Of a stretch of 64,000 nt of DNA, positions 9,067 to 18,806 are shown piece by piece. Location of the stretch: positions 1 through 64,000 of IMG/VR virus record IMGVR_UViG_3300017963_000003; one strand, given 5' to 3'. Source of the stretch: a virus. The position numbers and the translations under genes are program-made. Within the stretch, counting starts at the first letter, position 1. Each line of letters starts with the position of its first letter. The notes beneath the pieces are model-generated. The model searched no databases. It was not told where the DNA came from and was given only the letters and a program-made list of their open reading frames with translations.

Positions 9067-10215
9067 CTAGACGGGCGCCTTGATGAGAAGAGTAACGTCG
9101 GCTCCAGTCTCATCGGTGATGACCAGAGACGTCTCGTCCTTGTCATAGAAAACCAAATGCTCCTGATGGAGCTTCATCGAGTTGATCGCTCGGTTCTTGT
9201 GAACCCTGAAGGGGATCATGTCGGTCGCTCCCCCCACAAGGCACTCTACCAACTCCTGAACCTCGCACCCGTTGTGCGTCTTGGCGCTCACGCTCCACAC
9301 CGGGTTTCCGCTCGACCCTATACCGGACACCGAGAACACTACCAGCGACTCCTCGGTACCCACCACAGTCGACACCAGGTCCAGCACTTCCAAGAACCTC
9401 TTTTTGTTGAAAACGTACTTCCTGCCGGCAGGATCGATCTGCATTACCCCCGATTGAAGACCCAACGCGTCGGCGTAACATATTGGCAGATCGTCATAGA
9501 GCTTCGGGGTGAGTACGATCACGGAACTGCGTAACTGGTAGCCGAACATGTTCGAAGAGAAGAAAAAGTTCTGCACCTCGTCCTTGAACACTTGAAGTGC
9601 CTTCGACTGGGAGAACGGCAACACGTGCCGGGCACCCGACCACGGCGCATCGTCCCAGAGAGACAGAGTAGGGTGTGCGCACAACCGAACAGCGGTTTCG
9701 CTGAACTTGACGACACGGCACAGACCTTCAACGGTGTTGTCAATCAGTATGCCCGAAAACCTGGGCGTCTCACCGATAGATCCCCCGCAAGTCACAATAG
9801 ACTGAGCGAGCCACAGAATCGACTCAGTGTCCTCCTGACGGAGACACGACAGCTCCGGTAGAGCCGGCTGCTTGACGTACGACGCGGCAGGGAACTTGAC
9901 GGAGATGTTGTCCTCGACGACCAAGAGGAAGTTTTTACGAGGCGTGAACTTGATCTTACTCCCCTCGTAGAGCCTCTTGAAAAGAGCAACGAACTTGGGC
10001 GACTCGACCCCCATGTTGAAGGTCTTGCCACCTTCCACAGGGTGAGAGGCGAACACCACGGCTTCGGAGTCCTGGGAGAACAGGTAGAAGTTGGTACCAT
10101 CGTACGAGATGTACACATAGTCGTTCTTGGGACTACACTTCTCGATAGCCCGACAAAAATCAAAACCGAACTTGTAGTCGACAACGAAGCTGGAGCCGTC
10201 AACACTTACTAGCAT
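9067..10215 (-). CDS. Divergent DNA polymerase sliding clamp (beta-clamp-like)
   Basis: 382 aa, the beta-clamp size; FYLFSQDSEAVV and FSGILID...RVVKFSETAVRL echo the repeated clamp domains; a dnaX gene is nearby. Confidence 0.6.
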   Translation of the reverse strand: MLVSVDGSSFVVDYKFGFDFCRAIEKCSPKNDYVYISYDGTNFYLFSQDSEAVVFASHPVEGGKTFNMGVESPKFVALFKRLYEGSKIKFTPRKNFLLVVEDNISVKFPAASYVKQPALPELSCLRQEDTESILWLAQSIVTCGGSIGETPRFSGILIDNTVEGLCRVVKFSETAVRLCAHPTLSLWDDAPWSGARHVLPFSQSKALQVFKDEVQNFFFSSNMFGYQLRSSVIVLTPKLYDDLPICYADALGLQSGVMQIDPAGRKYVFNKKRFLEVLDLVSTVVGTEESLVVFSVSGIGSSGNPVWSVSAKTHNGCEVQELVECLVGGATDMIPFRVHKNRAINSMKLHQEHLVFYDKDETSLVITDETGADVTLLIKAPV

Positions 10216-11057
10216 ACCTGGTCTGCCTTGATGTAGATGGGCTCACAGCCCTTCTTCTCCGGATACAACTTGTGCACGACACTCACTGTCCTAGAGATCT
10301 CCCGACGAGCCACCTCGATCCTGCGGTAGGACATCCCTAAACGACGGGAAAGGGCCACGTCGGTCGCCCCAGGATCATCACAGAGGCTCTCCAGCACACC
10401 CTGCGCGGTCAAGGAGATGCGCTCAGAGATATTGCGGACCAAACGGGCTGCCTCGATCCTCACCTCCGGCTCAGGGCCACCGTCAGTCAAGTGCTCCAGC
10501 ACCTCGTCCCCCGTGGGGTGCTCGAAAGAACTCAGCCCACCCTCAGCCCGAGAGTCCCCGGCGTACTCCGGAAAGTCGACGTCTACGTGATGCGCGAACC
10601 CACCCTCCCCGGCATCGTAGCCGCGTTTTTCCGTCCGAGTCGACTTGACCAGGTTGAATGCCTTCCCGAGAAGACGGTTATATAGCAACGACTCTATTTT
10701 TGCGGTCTTCACGACCTCTACAGAGGACTCGTCCACCCAGATTTCCTCTGGGACCTTTGTCGTTCGGGGAGTAGAGAGGAGGACCGCGCGTCCGTCTTTG
10801 CGCAGCATGTGGTACAGGCGACGATTCCTCCGAAAAAGAGGGGATCTGTACAGCTCCATGACGTCTGCAACAGAAAGAAGCAGTTCACCGAGAACCTCCT
10901 CCTCTGGCAGAAACGTCGACTTCGCCGTGTCCACCGTCAACCTGAAGATCAGGCCACGCCACTTCTGGACCGCTAGAGCCAGACCAGGATGCTCGTCGTG
11001 TAGACGACGGATGACCTGATCGATGACTACCAAGGCAGAACGCTGACGATTCTTCAC
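10209..11057 (-). CDS. Sigma70-like transcription factor with C-terminal HTH
   Basis: Region-2-like VQKWRGLIFRL...EEEVLGELLLSVADVMELY and LLYNRLLGKAFNLVKSTRTEKRG; region-4-like ISLTAQGVL...TDVALSRRLGMSYRRIEVARREI. Confidence 0.55.
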   Translation of the reverse strand: MKNRQRSALVVIDQVIRRLHDEHPGLALAVQKWRGLIFRLTVDTAKSTFLPEEEVLGELLLSVADVMELYRSPLFRRNRRLYHMLRKDGRAVLLSTPRTTKVPEEIWVDESSVEVVKTAKIESLLYNRLLGKAFNLVKSTRTEKRGYDAGEGGFAHHVDVDFPEYAGDSRAEGGLSSFEHPTGDEVLEHLTDGGPEPEVRIEAARLVRNISERISLTAQGVLESLCDDPGATDVALSRRLGMSYRRIEVARREISRTVSVVHKLYPEKKGCEPIYIKADQVC

Positions 11058-12031
11058 AGTCCCTCCGTACGTGACCGCACCTGCGCCAACCTGGAAGCGG
11101 AGAGCGCCCCTGGGTCTTCGTCCTTCTCAAGATGAACCAAAGCAGGATCTAGCCCGAACGCACACAACTCGTCGTAGATCTTACGACCGTAGTCGACCAC
11201 CTTGCCGTTCCTCTTCTGAACAACAGCATCCCCGTCCATGCACACGACAAGCTTCACCCCGAGACGCACCGAAAGATCCCGCAACCGATTCAGCTGAGCT
11301 GCGCTGGCTTCCTTGGTGAACAACCCCACCGCTTCGCAACCCAGCTTCGCCATGTTCCAGACATCGCTCGGACCTTCTACGACCCACAGCTCACCAGACG
11401 TACCGGAGACGAGCCAACCTCCGTAGAGAACGTTCTGGATGGGGGAACCCGTTGGGGTTCTCCACCGCAGCTTGGCGTCAGGATTCAGATACCGGACCTG
11501 GAACGTGATGTACGCCCCGTTTAGATCGTAAACAGGAACCACGATGGAGTCCCCAATGAAGATGCCCGCACTGTCTCCGCTACGTCCGTACAAGAGACCA
11601 AAACGACCAACTATCTCCGGACCAATCCCCCTCTCGGTCAGGTACGCCACAGACACGATGGGTTCTACCTGGGGGGCCTGCGGAAACTCACTGATCCAGT
11701 AGTTTCGCTTCTTCTCCGGATGGGCAGCAAGGAGGGCTTCGATGTCTGGGGTGACCTGGGTGACACGGAGGTCCCGGTACACCTGAGCCCAGCTCTCGAT
11801 CCCCTCCATGAGCTTGTAGAAGTACGCGAACGACCCCCTGACGCCACAACGCGGAGAACCGCATACAAAAACGCCACGGTCTATATCTATGCTGAACGAC
11901 GGAGAATTGTCGTCATGGAAAGGGCACTGGGTGTGTAGCTGGCCGCCAGAACTAGGCGTTTTATCAGGGAACTTCGAAAGTATATACCCACGAACGTCCA
12001 AAAAACACCTACCAGACACGTAGAGACTCAC
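11054..12031 (-). CDS. dnaG: DNA primase (CHC2 zinc finger + Toprim)
   Basis: CPFHDDNSPSF...C...C zinc finger; VVEGPSD and MDGD Toprim motifs. Confidence 0.93.
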   Translation of the reverse strand: MSLYVSGRCFLDVRGYILSKFPDKTPSSGGQLHTQCPFHDDNSPSFSIDIDRGVFVCGSPRCGVRGSFAYFYKLMEGIESWAQVYRDLRVTQVTPDIEALLAAHPEKKRNYWISEFPQAPQVEPIVSVAYLTERGIGPEIVGRFGLLYGRSGDSAGIFIGDSIVVPVYDLNGAYITFQVRYLNPDAKLRWRTPTGSPIQNVLYGGWLVSGTSGELWVVEGPSDVWNMAKLGCEAVGLFTKEASAAQLNRLRDLSVRLGVKLVVCMDGDAVVQKRNGKVVDYGRKIYDELCAFGLDPALVHLEKDEDPGALSASRLAQVRSRTEGL

Positions 12032-12042
12032 ATAGCGTGAGC

Positions 12043-12076
12043 ACTATACCTAGCACATACAAAAAGGGGCTGTCAA
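12043..12076 (-). promoter_or_regulatory. Sigma70-like promoter elements upstream of the primase
   Basis: Minus strand T-tract-TTGACA and TATAGT in the only intergenic gap here, but the spacer is a non-canonical 22 nt. Confidence 0.45.
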
Positions 12077-12105
12077 GAAAAATCCACTGAACAAAAGAAC
12101 GGTAC

Positions 12106-13452
12106 CTAAGTACCCGTTATGTATGGATTTATCTTAACTGCATGAGCCCAGAGACGGTGAAGTTCCCTAGAAATCGTCATCCGGGGCAAATCCGCGTCCA
12201 AAACAACCTCCGGTATAGTGATAGACCCTCCCCGGACGAACTGAGGACTGAGAACGATGATCCCCTCCGCCTTCTCCTCATCGGTCTGATCGATGGCAAT
12301 ACTCAGATCGAGAGCCCTGGAGATGTCCGTGCTGAGACCACGATGCTTCAAGCCGATACGCTCGACCGTTGCGCCTTCCATGTTCGCCTGAGAGGCCACG
12401 AAAAGCGGAACCGAGAACTTCTCGGCATGCCGCTTGAGGTCCCACACGATCTGCTTTTGGTCACGGCGCTCTTCACGGAAAGAACGGCTAGGCGCAATAA
12501 TGTTCAGGTAGTCCCACACTTCGACATCCGGAATCCAACCTTCTTTCACGCGGAAGTGTTCCAGCTCTGACTCGATGTCCGGGACGGTCGTCTCCTCCGG
12601 AGTTGCCTTGATGACCTTCAGCCGATTACCCCACGTGCTCATCCACCGGAAGGTGGCATCCATGGCGTCCTTCTCTGCCTGTGTCAGCAGGAGGCCGGAG
12701 ACGCGTTCGTAGTTCAGCTCACTGAACATAGCGTCATAGCGGTCCATGGTCATCTCCTGGGAGTTCTCGTACGTCACATGCAGGACGTTGAAACCCTGCA
12801 AGAGCGTCGAGTACCCCATCGCGTTCAAGAAGATGGACTTGTACCGCTTGAAGGGGGCGAGAAAATCGACAAGCATCGGAGCGCGGATGGTGAACTGCGC
12901 GTCCAGACCTTGAATACCGGTAAGCACCCGTGGACTTGTCGCCGGGTTGTCACGGAGGACACGACGACGCTCGACACGCTCCTCGTAGGTCGACGCGTAG
13001 TCGACAATTTCCAACTGAGAACCCTCCACGACACGGCGACCTTCGAGGACAGCCTCGTGCAGCTCGTCGAAGAGAAAATCAATGCGAGAAGTCCGAGCGA
13101 ACCCCTCATAGGCCGACCGCGTCTTAGTGTTGGCGACACAGTACGCCACGTAGGCCCGGAATCGATCCGAAGCATCCTGCTCGAACGTAAGTTGCTTCGC
13201 GTACAGATTCCAGATCTGGAGACGGTGCTTCTCCCGAACGTCTTCGTCCTCAAGGGACAAAAACTCCTGCTCCATGAAGTCCCACACCGGAGGACTCCAG
13301 TCGCGCTCACGAAGGAGCTTCACCATCCACTGGTAGGACTCGACCTGGAAGTGCTCGGGCTGCGTAGAGTGAAGGACGTCCGGATCGATAACGCCTGACC
13401 GCTGAACAACGGCGGCCAGGAACTCCTCCTCTACGCGAACATCGATTTTCAT
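12106..13452 (-). CDS. dnaB: Replicative helicase, DnaB/gp41-like
   Basis: LAPFKRYKS (atypical P-loop), NVLHVTYENS, Walker B VWDYLNII, VASQAN, STDISRALD. ATG 13452 overlaps the upstream stop (ATGA). Confidence 0.82.
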   Translation of the reverse strand: MKIDVRVEEEFLAAVVQRSGVIDPDVLHSTQPEHFQVESYQWMVKLLRERDWSPPVWDFMEQEFLSLEDEDVREKHRLQIWNLYAKQLTFEQDASDRFRAYVAYCVANTKTRSAYEGFARTSRIDFLFDELHEAVLEGRRVVEGSQLEIVDYASTYEERVERRRVLRDNPATSPRVLTGIQGLDAQFTIRAPMLVDFLAPFKRYKSIFLNAMGYSTLLQGFNVLHVTYENSQEMTMDRYDAMFSELNYERVSGLLLTQAEKDAMDATFRWMSTWGNRLKVIKATPEETTVPDIESELEHFRVKEGWIPDVEVWDYLNIIAPSRSFREERRDQKQIVWDLKRHAEKFSVPLFVASQANMEGATVERIGLKHRGLSTDISRALDLSIAIDQTDEEKAEGIIVLSPQFVRGGSITIPEVVLDADLPRMTISRELHRLWAHAVKINPYITGT

Positions 13453-14192
13453 ACCGGCCACTCACTCATGCCATCAGCGGTTCTGAAGTCCTCGCCGCCC
13501 CCGACCTCTACCTGCCGAAAAACACGACCCCCAATGACGCCGTCAGGACGAATCTCCAGCACCGAGTCCAGAACACCACCGTAGAACCCCGAAAGACTCG
13601 ACGGGGCATAGTTGGAAGTGATGATGGTGGGGAGCCGATGATCGAGCCGGTGGTGCATGATACGGTGCAGCATCGTAATGTTGGACTCTTTTTTCCAGTC
13701 TGCACTACGGGACTCCGTCCCGAGGTCATCGATAACGAGGACAGACGCGCGCCACGTCTCTTCGTCCCAACCCCTGCGCTCTTTCTCGCACATGGCGTGA
13801 ATGTTCTCGAAAGCATAGGTACGGCGGGGATCGTAGTTCTCAGTCTTCGACAACGTCCACAAGAGCACGTACAGCAGGTAGTGCGCCAAGGTGGTCTTCC
13901 CGCGACCGTTCTCTTTCGAGAAGATGTACAGACACAGCCCCTTCGACATCACCTCGAAAGGGTTGTAGAGAAAGTACTGAACCGCTTCCGCACCGTTCTC
14001 TATCATCGGGAGTTGGTACTGAGGTGAGCTAACCAGGTCCAGGGTGTGCTCGTGGAAACCACCCCCTACGAGACGGTTGAACGCCCGAAACTTGATCGCA
14101 CACGCACACAGCTCGTCACCGAGGTAACCCGTACCTCGGCACGCAGGACAATCGCGCTGGATCTTGATTCGCAGCGGTGACCAGTCGCTCAT
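13449..14192 (-). CDS. DnaC/IstB-like helicase loader ATPase with N-terminal zinc module
   Basis: CPACRGTG...CAC; Walker A NGRGKTT; Walker B LVIDDLG; PTIITSN. Confidence 0.85.
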   Translation of the reverse strand: MSDWSPLRIKIQRDCPACRGTGYLGDELCACAIKFRAFNRLVGGGFHEHTLDLVSSPQYQLPMIENGAEAVQYFLYNPFEVMSKGLCLYIFSKENGRGKTTLAHYLLYVLLWTLSKTENYDPRRTYAFENIHAMCEKERRGWDEETWRASVLVIDDLGTESRSADWKKESNITMLHRIMHHRLDHRLPTIITSNYAPSSLSGFYGGVLDSVLEIRPDGVIGGRVFRQVEVGGGEDFRTADGMSEWPV

Positions 14193-14893
14193 TCCTCGGA
14201 CAACTCCTTCAGCGTCTTAGAAGACTCCGAGTGGGAGACTCCATGAGCTTCCTGCCACGCCACAAGCGCGTTCACAACGATCTGAGACCACCCCTCCAGA
14301 ACCCGCAAGCGGTGAAGTTCCTTCAACGGAAGCCACCGAAGGTTCTTCCCCTCAGACAGCATCTGTAGGCGCTGAGAGTCCCCCAGATCGACCTGTGCCT
14401 CCAATATGAGCCCAAGATGGACCCTCCCCACCTCGTCGCTCTCGTCATACAGGATACCCCTCACTCGCAGCTTATCGTGCAGAACAGAGCTGGCCGGAAA
14501 ATGCTTACCGCCGTCCACGTACACCAACTCCTCGTCGATCTCCCGGAGTGCCGCGTGGTACACCATCCGCTTCCAAAAAGTCTGCGCGTCGTCCTTGTTG
14601 ATGTGGCCCCCGATACCGATGGAGTGCTTGGCGTCCAGACGGGATTCTCGGCCACCGGACCGTTGGTAGGTCAGGAACATTCCGTCGCAGGAAATGACGT
14701 TGTACGGGATGACCTGCTTGTACTGCGGACTCTTCTCTGCCTCGTCCCGGTCCACGAAGAACGCCCCCGACAGGAGACCCCAAAAAGCCTCGACAGCCTC
14801 ATCCCCGAACACCAACGGGCTATCCGCGAGTCCCGGCACCAGATTCAGTTCACTCTCCTTGATCACCCACACCCACTCTCGCTCGTTGGTCAT
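14189..14893 (-). CDS. NUDIX-like predicted phosphoesterase
   Basis: AEKSPQYKQVIPY...YQRSGG.ESRL...SIGIGGHIN...ALREIDEEL...ILYDESDEVGRVHLG matches the MutT-family phosphoesterase pattern. ATG 14893 overlaps the upstream stop. Confidence 0.8.
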   Translation of the reverse strand: MTNEREWVWVIKESELNLVPGLADSPLVFGDEAVEAFWGLLSGAFFVDRDEAEKSPQYKQVIPYNVISCDGMFLTYQRSGGRESRLDAKHSIGIGGHINKDDAQTFWKRMVYHAALREIDEELVYVDGGKHFPASSVLHDKLRVRGILYDESDEVGRVHLGLILEAQVDLGDSQRLQMLSEGKNLRWLPLKELHRLRVLEGWSQIVVNALVAWQEAHGVSHSESSKTLKELSEE

Positions 14894-16041
14894 CCTCTTT
14901 TCCTCCATCGAACATCACGGATCGCCCGATACGGTGACACGTTGATCCCGACGTCGTTCCAGATGTCGGGATAAAGACCCCACTTGCTGTACTCCTCCCA
15001 CGTTGGCGAACCTGACAACAGCCGAGCGTCGTCCCACGAGTGCTTGAACTCCACAAAGTTCTCCGGGAGGCACGAAATGCACAGATACTTGTTGTTGGCG
15101 TAGTGACGCTTGCCCCGACGCTGCGTGCCATCCGAATAGTAATAGTACCCGTCCGCACGGATAGAAACTATCTGAGATGCGTCCTCGGAGTCGTCCGAAG
15201 AGGGCCTCCACCCCTTGGGGATGCAAGAATCTGGAAAGTCGCACTCAGCTGACAACCCCAAAAACTCCCGAATCGGGCGCCACGGATCGTTCTGGGTCTT
15301 CTTCAGAACTCTCATATCGGGGTCAAGGGCGTTGACGTTCACTATCGCCATGATGCCTACGTGATCGTCGGGACTGATCTCGACGCACCTAGAGAACTTC
15401 TGCTGAAGCCACCACAAGTAGTCGACACCCTCCGCTTTGAGAGAACGGATACGGTCGGTGATTCTGTGGTAGAGCACCAGGTACTTCTTCGGAGCACGTT
15501 TCCCGGAAGAAAACGACTTCGGCTCCGGACCCACAAAAACGCCTTTCCCGAAGTACGCCCGGCGTCGATGCTCGATCTGCAAGCGGATGAACTCCAGCAT
15601 GAAGAACGCCACCTCGTCGACAGCCTCCCGAGAACCAGCGTGCTCCCGGAATTTCTCGAACCACGTCCAGTGGATACGCTGGTTGAGAAGCAGCGTCGGA
15701 CGTTCCCACATCTCGTAGGGCGTCATCAAGCACGACAAGACCAGGTAGGACTTCCAGTGAACGTCCATCTCGTCCATCCGATAGAGGAACATCCGAAAGT
15801 TGTCGCGCTTGATCTTCAGGTACTTGTAAGGGTCCTCCTCGTGCCATGGCTTCATCAGCCCCGAGTACCCCATGTAGGCCCACATCTGCCCCGAGAGTTC
15901 GATGATCTCCGGAAAAATGGGGTCTGGGTCTGGGCGTGTGGTCTTGTCAAAATAGATCGGAGACAGCCCTTGCTCGGACGCCTTCAAAATAGGGTGACCG
16001 TGGAGATCAGTACGCACCATCTGGTCCAGGAACTCGTTCAC
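14890..16041 (-). CDS. Hypothetical protein
   Basis: 383-aa ORF coupled in the operon; aromatic-rich; no family recognised. Confidence 0.75.
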   Translation of the reverse strand: MNEFLDQMVRTDLHGHPILKASEQGLSPIYFDKTTRPDPDPIFPEIIELSGQMWAYMGYSGLMKPWHEEDPYKYLKIKRDNFRMFLYRMDEMDVHWKSYLVLSCLMTPYEMWERPTLLLNQRIHWTWFEKFREHAGSREAVDEVAFFMLEFIRLQIEHRRRAYFGKGVFVGPEPKSFSSGKRAPKKYLVLYHRITDRIRSLKAEGVDYLWWLQQKFSRCVEISPDDHVGIMAIVNVNALDPDMRVLKKTQNDPWRPIREFLGLSAECDFPDSCIPKGWRPSSDDSEDASQIVSIRADGYYYYSDGTQRRGKRHYANNKYLCISCLPENFVEFKHSWDDARLLSGSPTWEEYSKWGLYPDIWNDVGINVSPYRAIRDVRWRKRG

Positions 16042-16049
16042 ACTTCACC

Positions 16050-17861
16050 TCACAGAGACAAGTACCGCAAGAGGTCCTCACGTCCCATCTCTACCAGCTT
16101 TTCGTTACTCGTCGTGATCGCATCGGCCATGTCCTGCTTGCCCAGCAGCTTGTCCCGGATCAGCTCATCCACCGAGGCCACCACATCCAGAAAAACTACC
16201 GTCGCTGGTTTGGCGCGGATCATATCGAGCCTGGTCGGAGCGGACGCCGCTACCCGGCGGTGGATACGGTCCAGGGACTGCTTGTACAGAGTGAATGAGT
16301 ACGGACGGTCTATGTAGATCGACGTGCGGCCTCGCGCCAAGAAGTCGACCCCCGTCCCTGCCTTGGCCGGAATGCACACCGCGACCCTCGGAGACGCGGC
16401 GTTCTCGAACTGGTCTGCGATAACTGCCAGCTCGTCGTTACCCACCCCTCCGTAGATCTTGACCGCTCCGTAGGTGGAGTTGTAGCGCTCGTAGAGCAGC
16501 TCCACCCCCTTCCGGTACTCCGTCCACAAAACGACCTTGGCCTCTGGATCGGAAAGCACCTCTTCGAGGACCGAATCGCACTCCACGTACTTCGCAGACT
16601 CCCCCTCCTCGTCCAGAAGACTCGGATGGTTCATCACCTGACGTAGCCGCAAAACCGTCGAGTTGTCAGAGAGAAAGCGGTACAGGTTGACCATGCTGTC
16701 ACGAGGAAGATCGGCAACGATCTCCCCGCAAATGGTCTTGTACAGAGCCAGCTGCTTGCCTGACATCTCGACGTCTCTGACCATGAACACCCGGTCCGGG
16801 AACCCAGTCATGTCGTCCTTGGTGCGCCTGATCGACACCGCCTCCAGCAGACCCTTCAGCTCGTCGAGATTCTTGAAGCCCACCACCTTGCGGTGGGTCC
16901 CTCTATGCCCGTACGTGACGTTCTTCTTGACCACAAAATGGTTCTCGAACTTGTTCTGATGGGGAACCGTGTCCAGGGACAGAGAACGGAGGACGACGAA
17001 AGCGTTCAACGGGCTCTCGCTGACGGGAGTACCGGTCATCAGGATCGCACGAGGTCGATTACCCTCTCGATCCCTGGAGTCGTTCAGCAACGACAAAACA
17101 CACTTCGTACGCTTCGCGTCCGGGTTCTTGTACATGTGGAACTCGTCAACGATAATCATATCCCACTGCATATCCCGGAGGAGCTTCAAAATCTGGCCAC
17201 CCCACTGCTTGCCGCCCCCGATAAGGTTCTCCGGATGGATGAGCAAGACGTCCCACTCGGTGTCCTTGTTCCCTTGGATAAAGCTGAGCGCTCTCTTGCG
17301 TCCGTTCGGGACCGCCAAGGGCTTCAAATGTGTGTGCTTTTTGATCTCCTTCAGGAAACCGATCTGCACTGTGTAAGGGCAAATAAGGAGCGAACGACGT
17401 ACCTTCGGACCCAAGGCAACGACAGTCGCCAGGGCTTCCAAACTCTTGCCAACTCCCATCTCGTCGAAAATCCCCACACGCCGATTGTTGTACGCGAAGG
17501 AGATCGCAGAGAGCTGATCTTCGTACGGAACCGTCTTCAACTTACCGTCGAGAAGACCGCTCACGAACTGATTGTTGACGCCCTTCTTGATCTCTTCGTT
17601 GCGCACCCGCTGTGAGTGAATCCACGTGATCCACTGGAAAGCATCCTCGTGGATGGTTCGCCCCTCCACGAGACCCAGCATATCGAGACGGTGCCGGAGC
17701 ATCGCCATGTCGTAGTAAGAGATTGTCCAGGTGTTCTCGTCCACCTCGTACGACGACAGCAGACCACGCACTACCAGGTACACCCGCTCGTAGTAGGGAT
17801 GCCGGGGATCTAACTGAACGCAGATGCGTTTCCCCTTGAGAGAGATCTCAATCAAAATCAC
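16050..17861 (-). CDS. SNF2-family (SF2) helicase/ATPase
   Basis: DEMGVGKS, IIVDEFH, LMTGTP, RRTK, LRLRQ, KVVLW, QSLDRIHR. Confidence 0.92.
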   Translation of the reverse strand: MILIEISLKGKRICVQLDPRHPYYERVYLVVRGLLSSYEVDENTWTISYYDMAMLRHRLDMLGLVEGRTIHEDAFQWITWIHSQRVRNEEIKKGVNNQFVSGLLDGKLKTVPYEDQLSAISFAYNNRRVGIFDEMGVGKSLEALATVVALGPKVRRSLLICPYTVQIGFLKEIKKHTHLKPLAVPNGRKRALSFIQGNKDTEWDVLLIHPENLIGGGKQWGGQILKLLRDMQWDMIIVDEFHMYKNPDAKRTKCVLSLLNDSRDREGNRPRAILMTGTPVSESPLNAFVVLRSLSLDTVPHQNKFENHFVVKKNVTYGHRGTHRKVVGFKNLDELKGLLEAVSIRRTKDDMTGFPDRVFMVRDVEMSGKQLALYKTICGEIVADLPRDSMVNLYRFLSDNSTVLRLRQVMNHPSLLDEEGESAKYVECDSVLEEVLSDPEAKVVLWTEYRKGVELLYERYNSTYGAVKIYGGVGNDELAVIADQFENAASPRVAVCIPAKAGTGVDFLARGRTSIYIDRPYSFTLYKQSLDRIHRRVAASAPTRLDMIRAKPATVVFLDVVASVDELIRDKLLGKQDMADAITTSNEKLVEMGREDLLRYLSL

Positions 17862-18276
17862 CCCTCAAGAACTCGTCAACCTCAGACTCCCGCTTATCCT
17901 GCTCGGACACCGACGCCATCTCCAAGACACGACCCTTCAGGAGGGGGTACCCCTTGCACCCTACCCCCTTGACCTCGATCTCGCGTACAGGAGCCCCAGG
18001 GCTCAAGTAGTAGAGCGACTCGAACGTCCTACGCTCGTCCGCCCCCACGTTGACCAACGACGTCTTGACCGAGATCCGAATAACGTCACCCGAGTCGGCC
18101 TCACCCTTCCACAGGTACCACAGGATGCCCTTGGAAGACTCCAACCGCGACGTCAGGTACTTGCCGCACTTGTCCTGCCACGAACACTCCTCGTCGTTGA
18201 TCCACGCACGGATGAGCTGGCCCTCTCGACGTCGTTGAGCCGTCTTCTGGTAGCCAATCTGTACGATGAACTTCAC
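17848..18276 (-). CDS. Hypothetical protein
   Basis: 142-aa ORF overlapping both neighbours. Confidence 0.65.
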   Translation of the reverse strand: MKFIVQIGYQKTAQRRREGQLIRAWINDEECSWQDKCGKYLTSRLESSKGILWYLWKGEADSGDVIRISVKTSLVNVGADERRTFESLYYLSPGAPVREIEVKGVGCKGYPLLKGRVLEMASVSEQDKRESEVDEFLRGDFD

Positions 18277-18806
18277 TCGCCACCCTGCGGAGCTGTGCTG
18301 ACCTCCTCAACAACCTGCTGCCACTCGGCGTCGGCCTCATTGAGGGGCAAGCCGGTCTTCGCCGTCGGAGGAAGCTTGGCCTCCATCCACCGAACAACGA
18401 GATCTACGAGAGATTTCGCCACAGGAACATCAGGAACACCGCTGATGCCCGACGGCTGGAACTCTTGGTACTTGAACTTCTCGTAGACCTTCGCCGGAGG
18501 AACCCCGAACTGAAGAAGCAGCGAAAGGGCGATGGACCACATGTCCGCGAGACCATGCAACTCGTGCCCGTGCTTGCCCATCCGGATGAACACCTCGCCA
18601 GGGGTACCGTCGGGGTAGCAACCCACCGTGAAGTACCCCTTGATCTCCGTGATCTCCTTCTTCTCGTTCTCACGAGTCAGGGTGAACCGCACCGTACGGC
18701 TCTTGCGCTCATCGAGAAGGGGACGACGGATAGGCTCGTCCCCGTAGCACTCGTGGAGTCCAACCAGAGAGGTCTCGATGTCGACCGGCTGTTCTTTCTT
18801 GATCAT
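18273..18806 (-). CDS. Stand-alone TSCPD-like domain (C-terminal domain of class II ribonucleotide reductases)
   Basis: GYFTVGCYPDGTPGEVFI...SIALSLLLQFGVP...KFKYQEFQPSG...KSLVD. Confidence 0.75.
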   Translation of the reverse strand: MIKKEQPVDIETSLVGLHECYGDEPIRRPLLDERKSRTVRFTLTRENEKKEITEIKGYFTVGCYPDGTPGEVFIRMGKHGHELHGLADMWSIALSLLLQFGVPPAKVYEKFKYQEFQPSGISGVPDVPVAKSLVDLVVRWMEAKLPPTAKTGLPLNEADAEWQQVVEEVSTAPQGGE

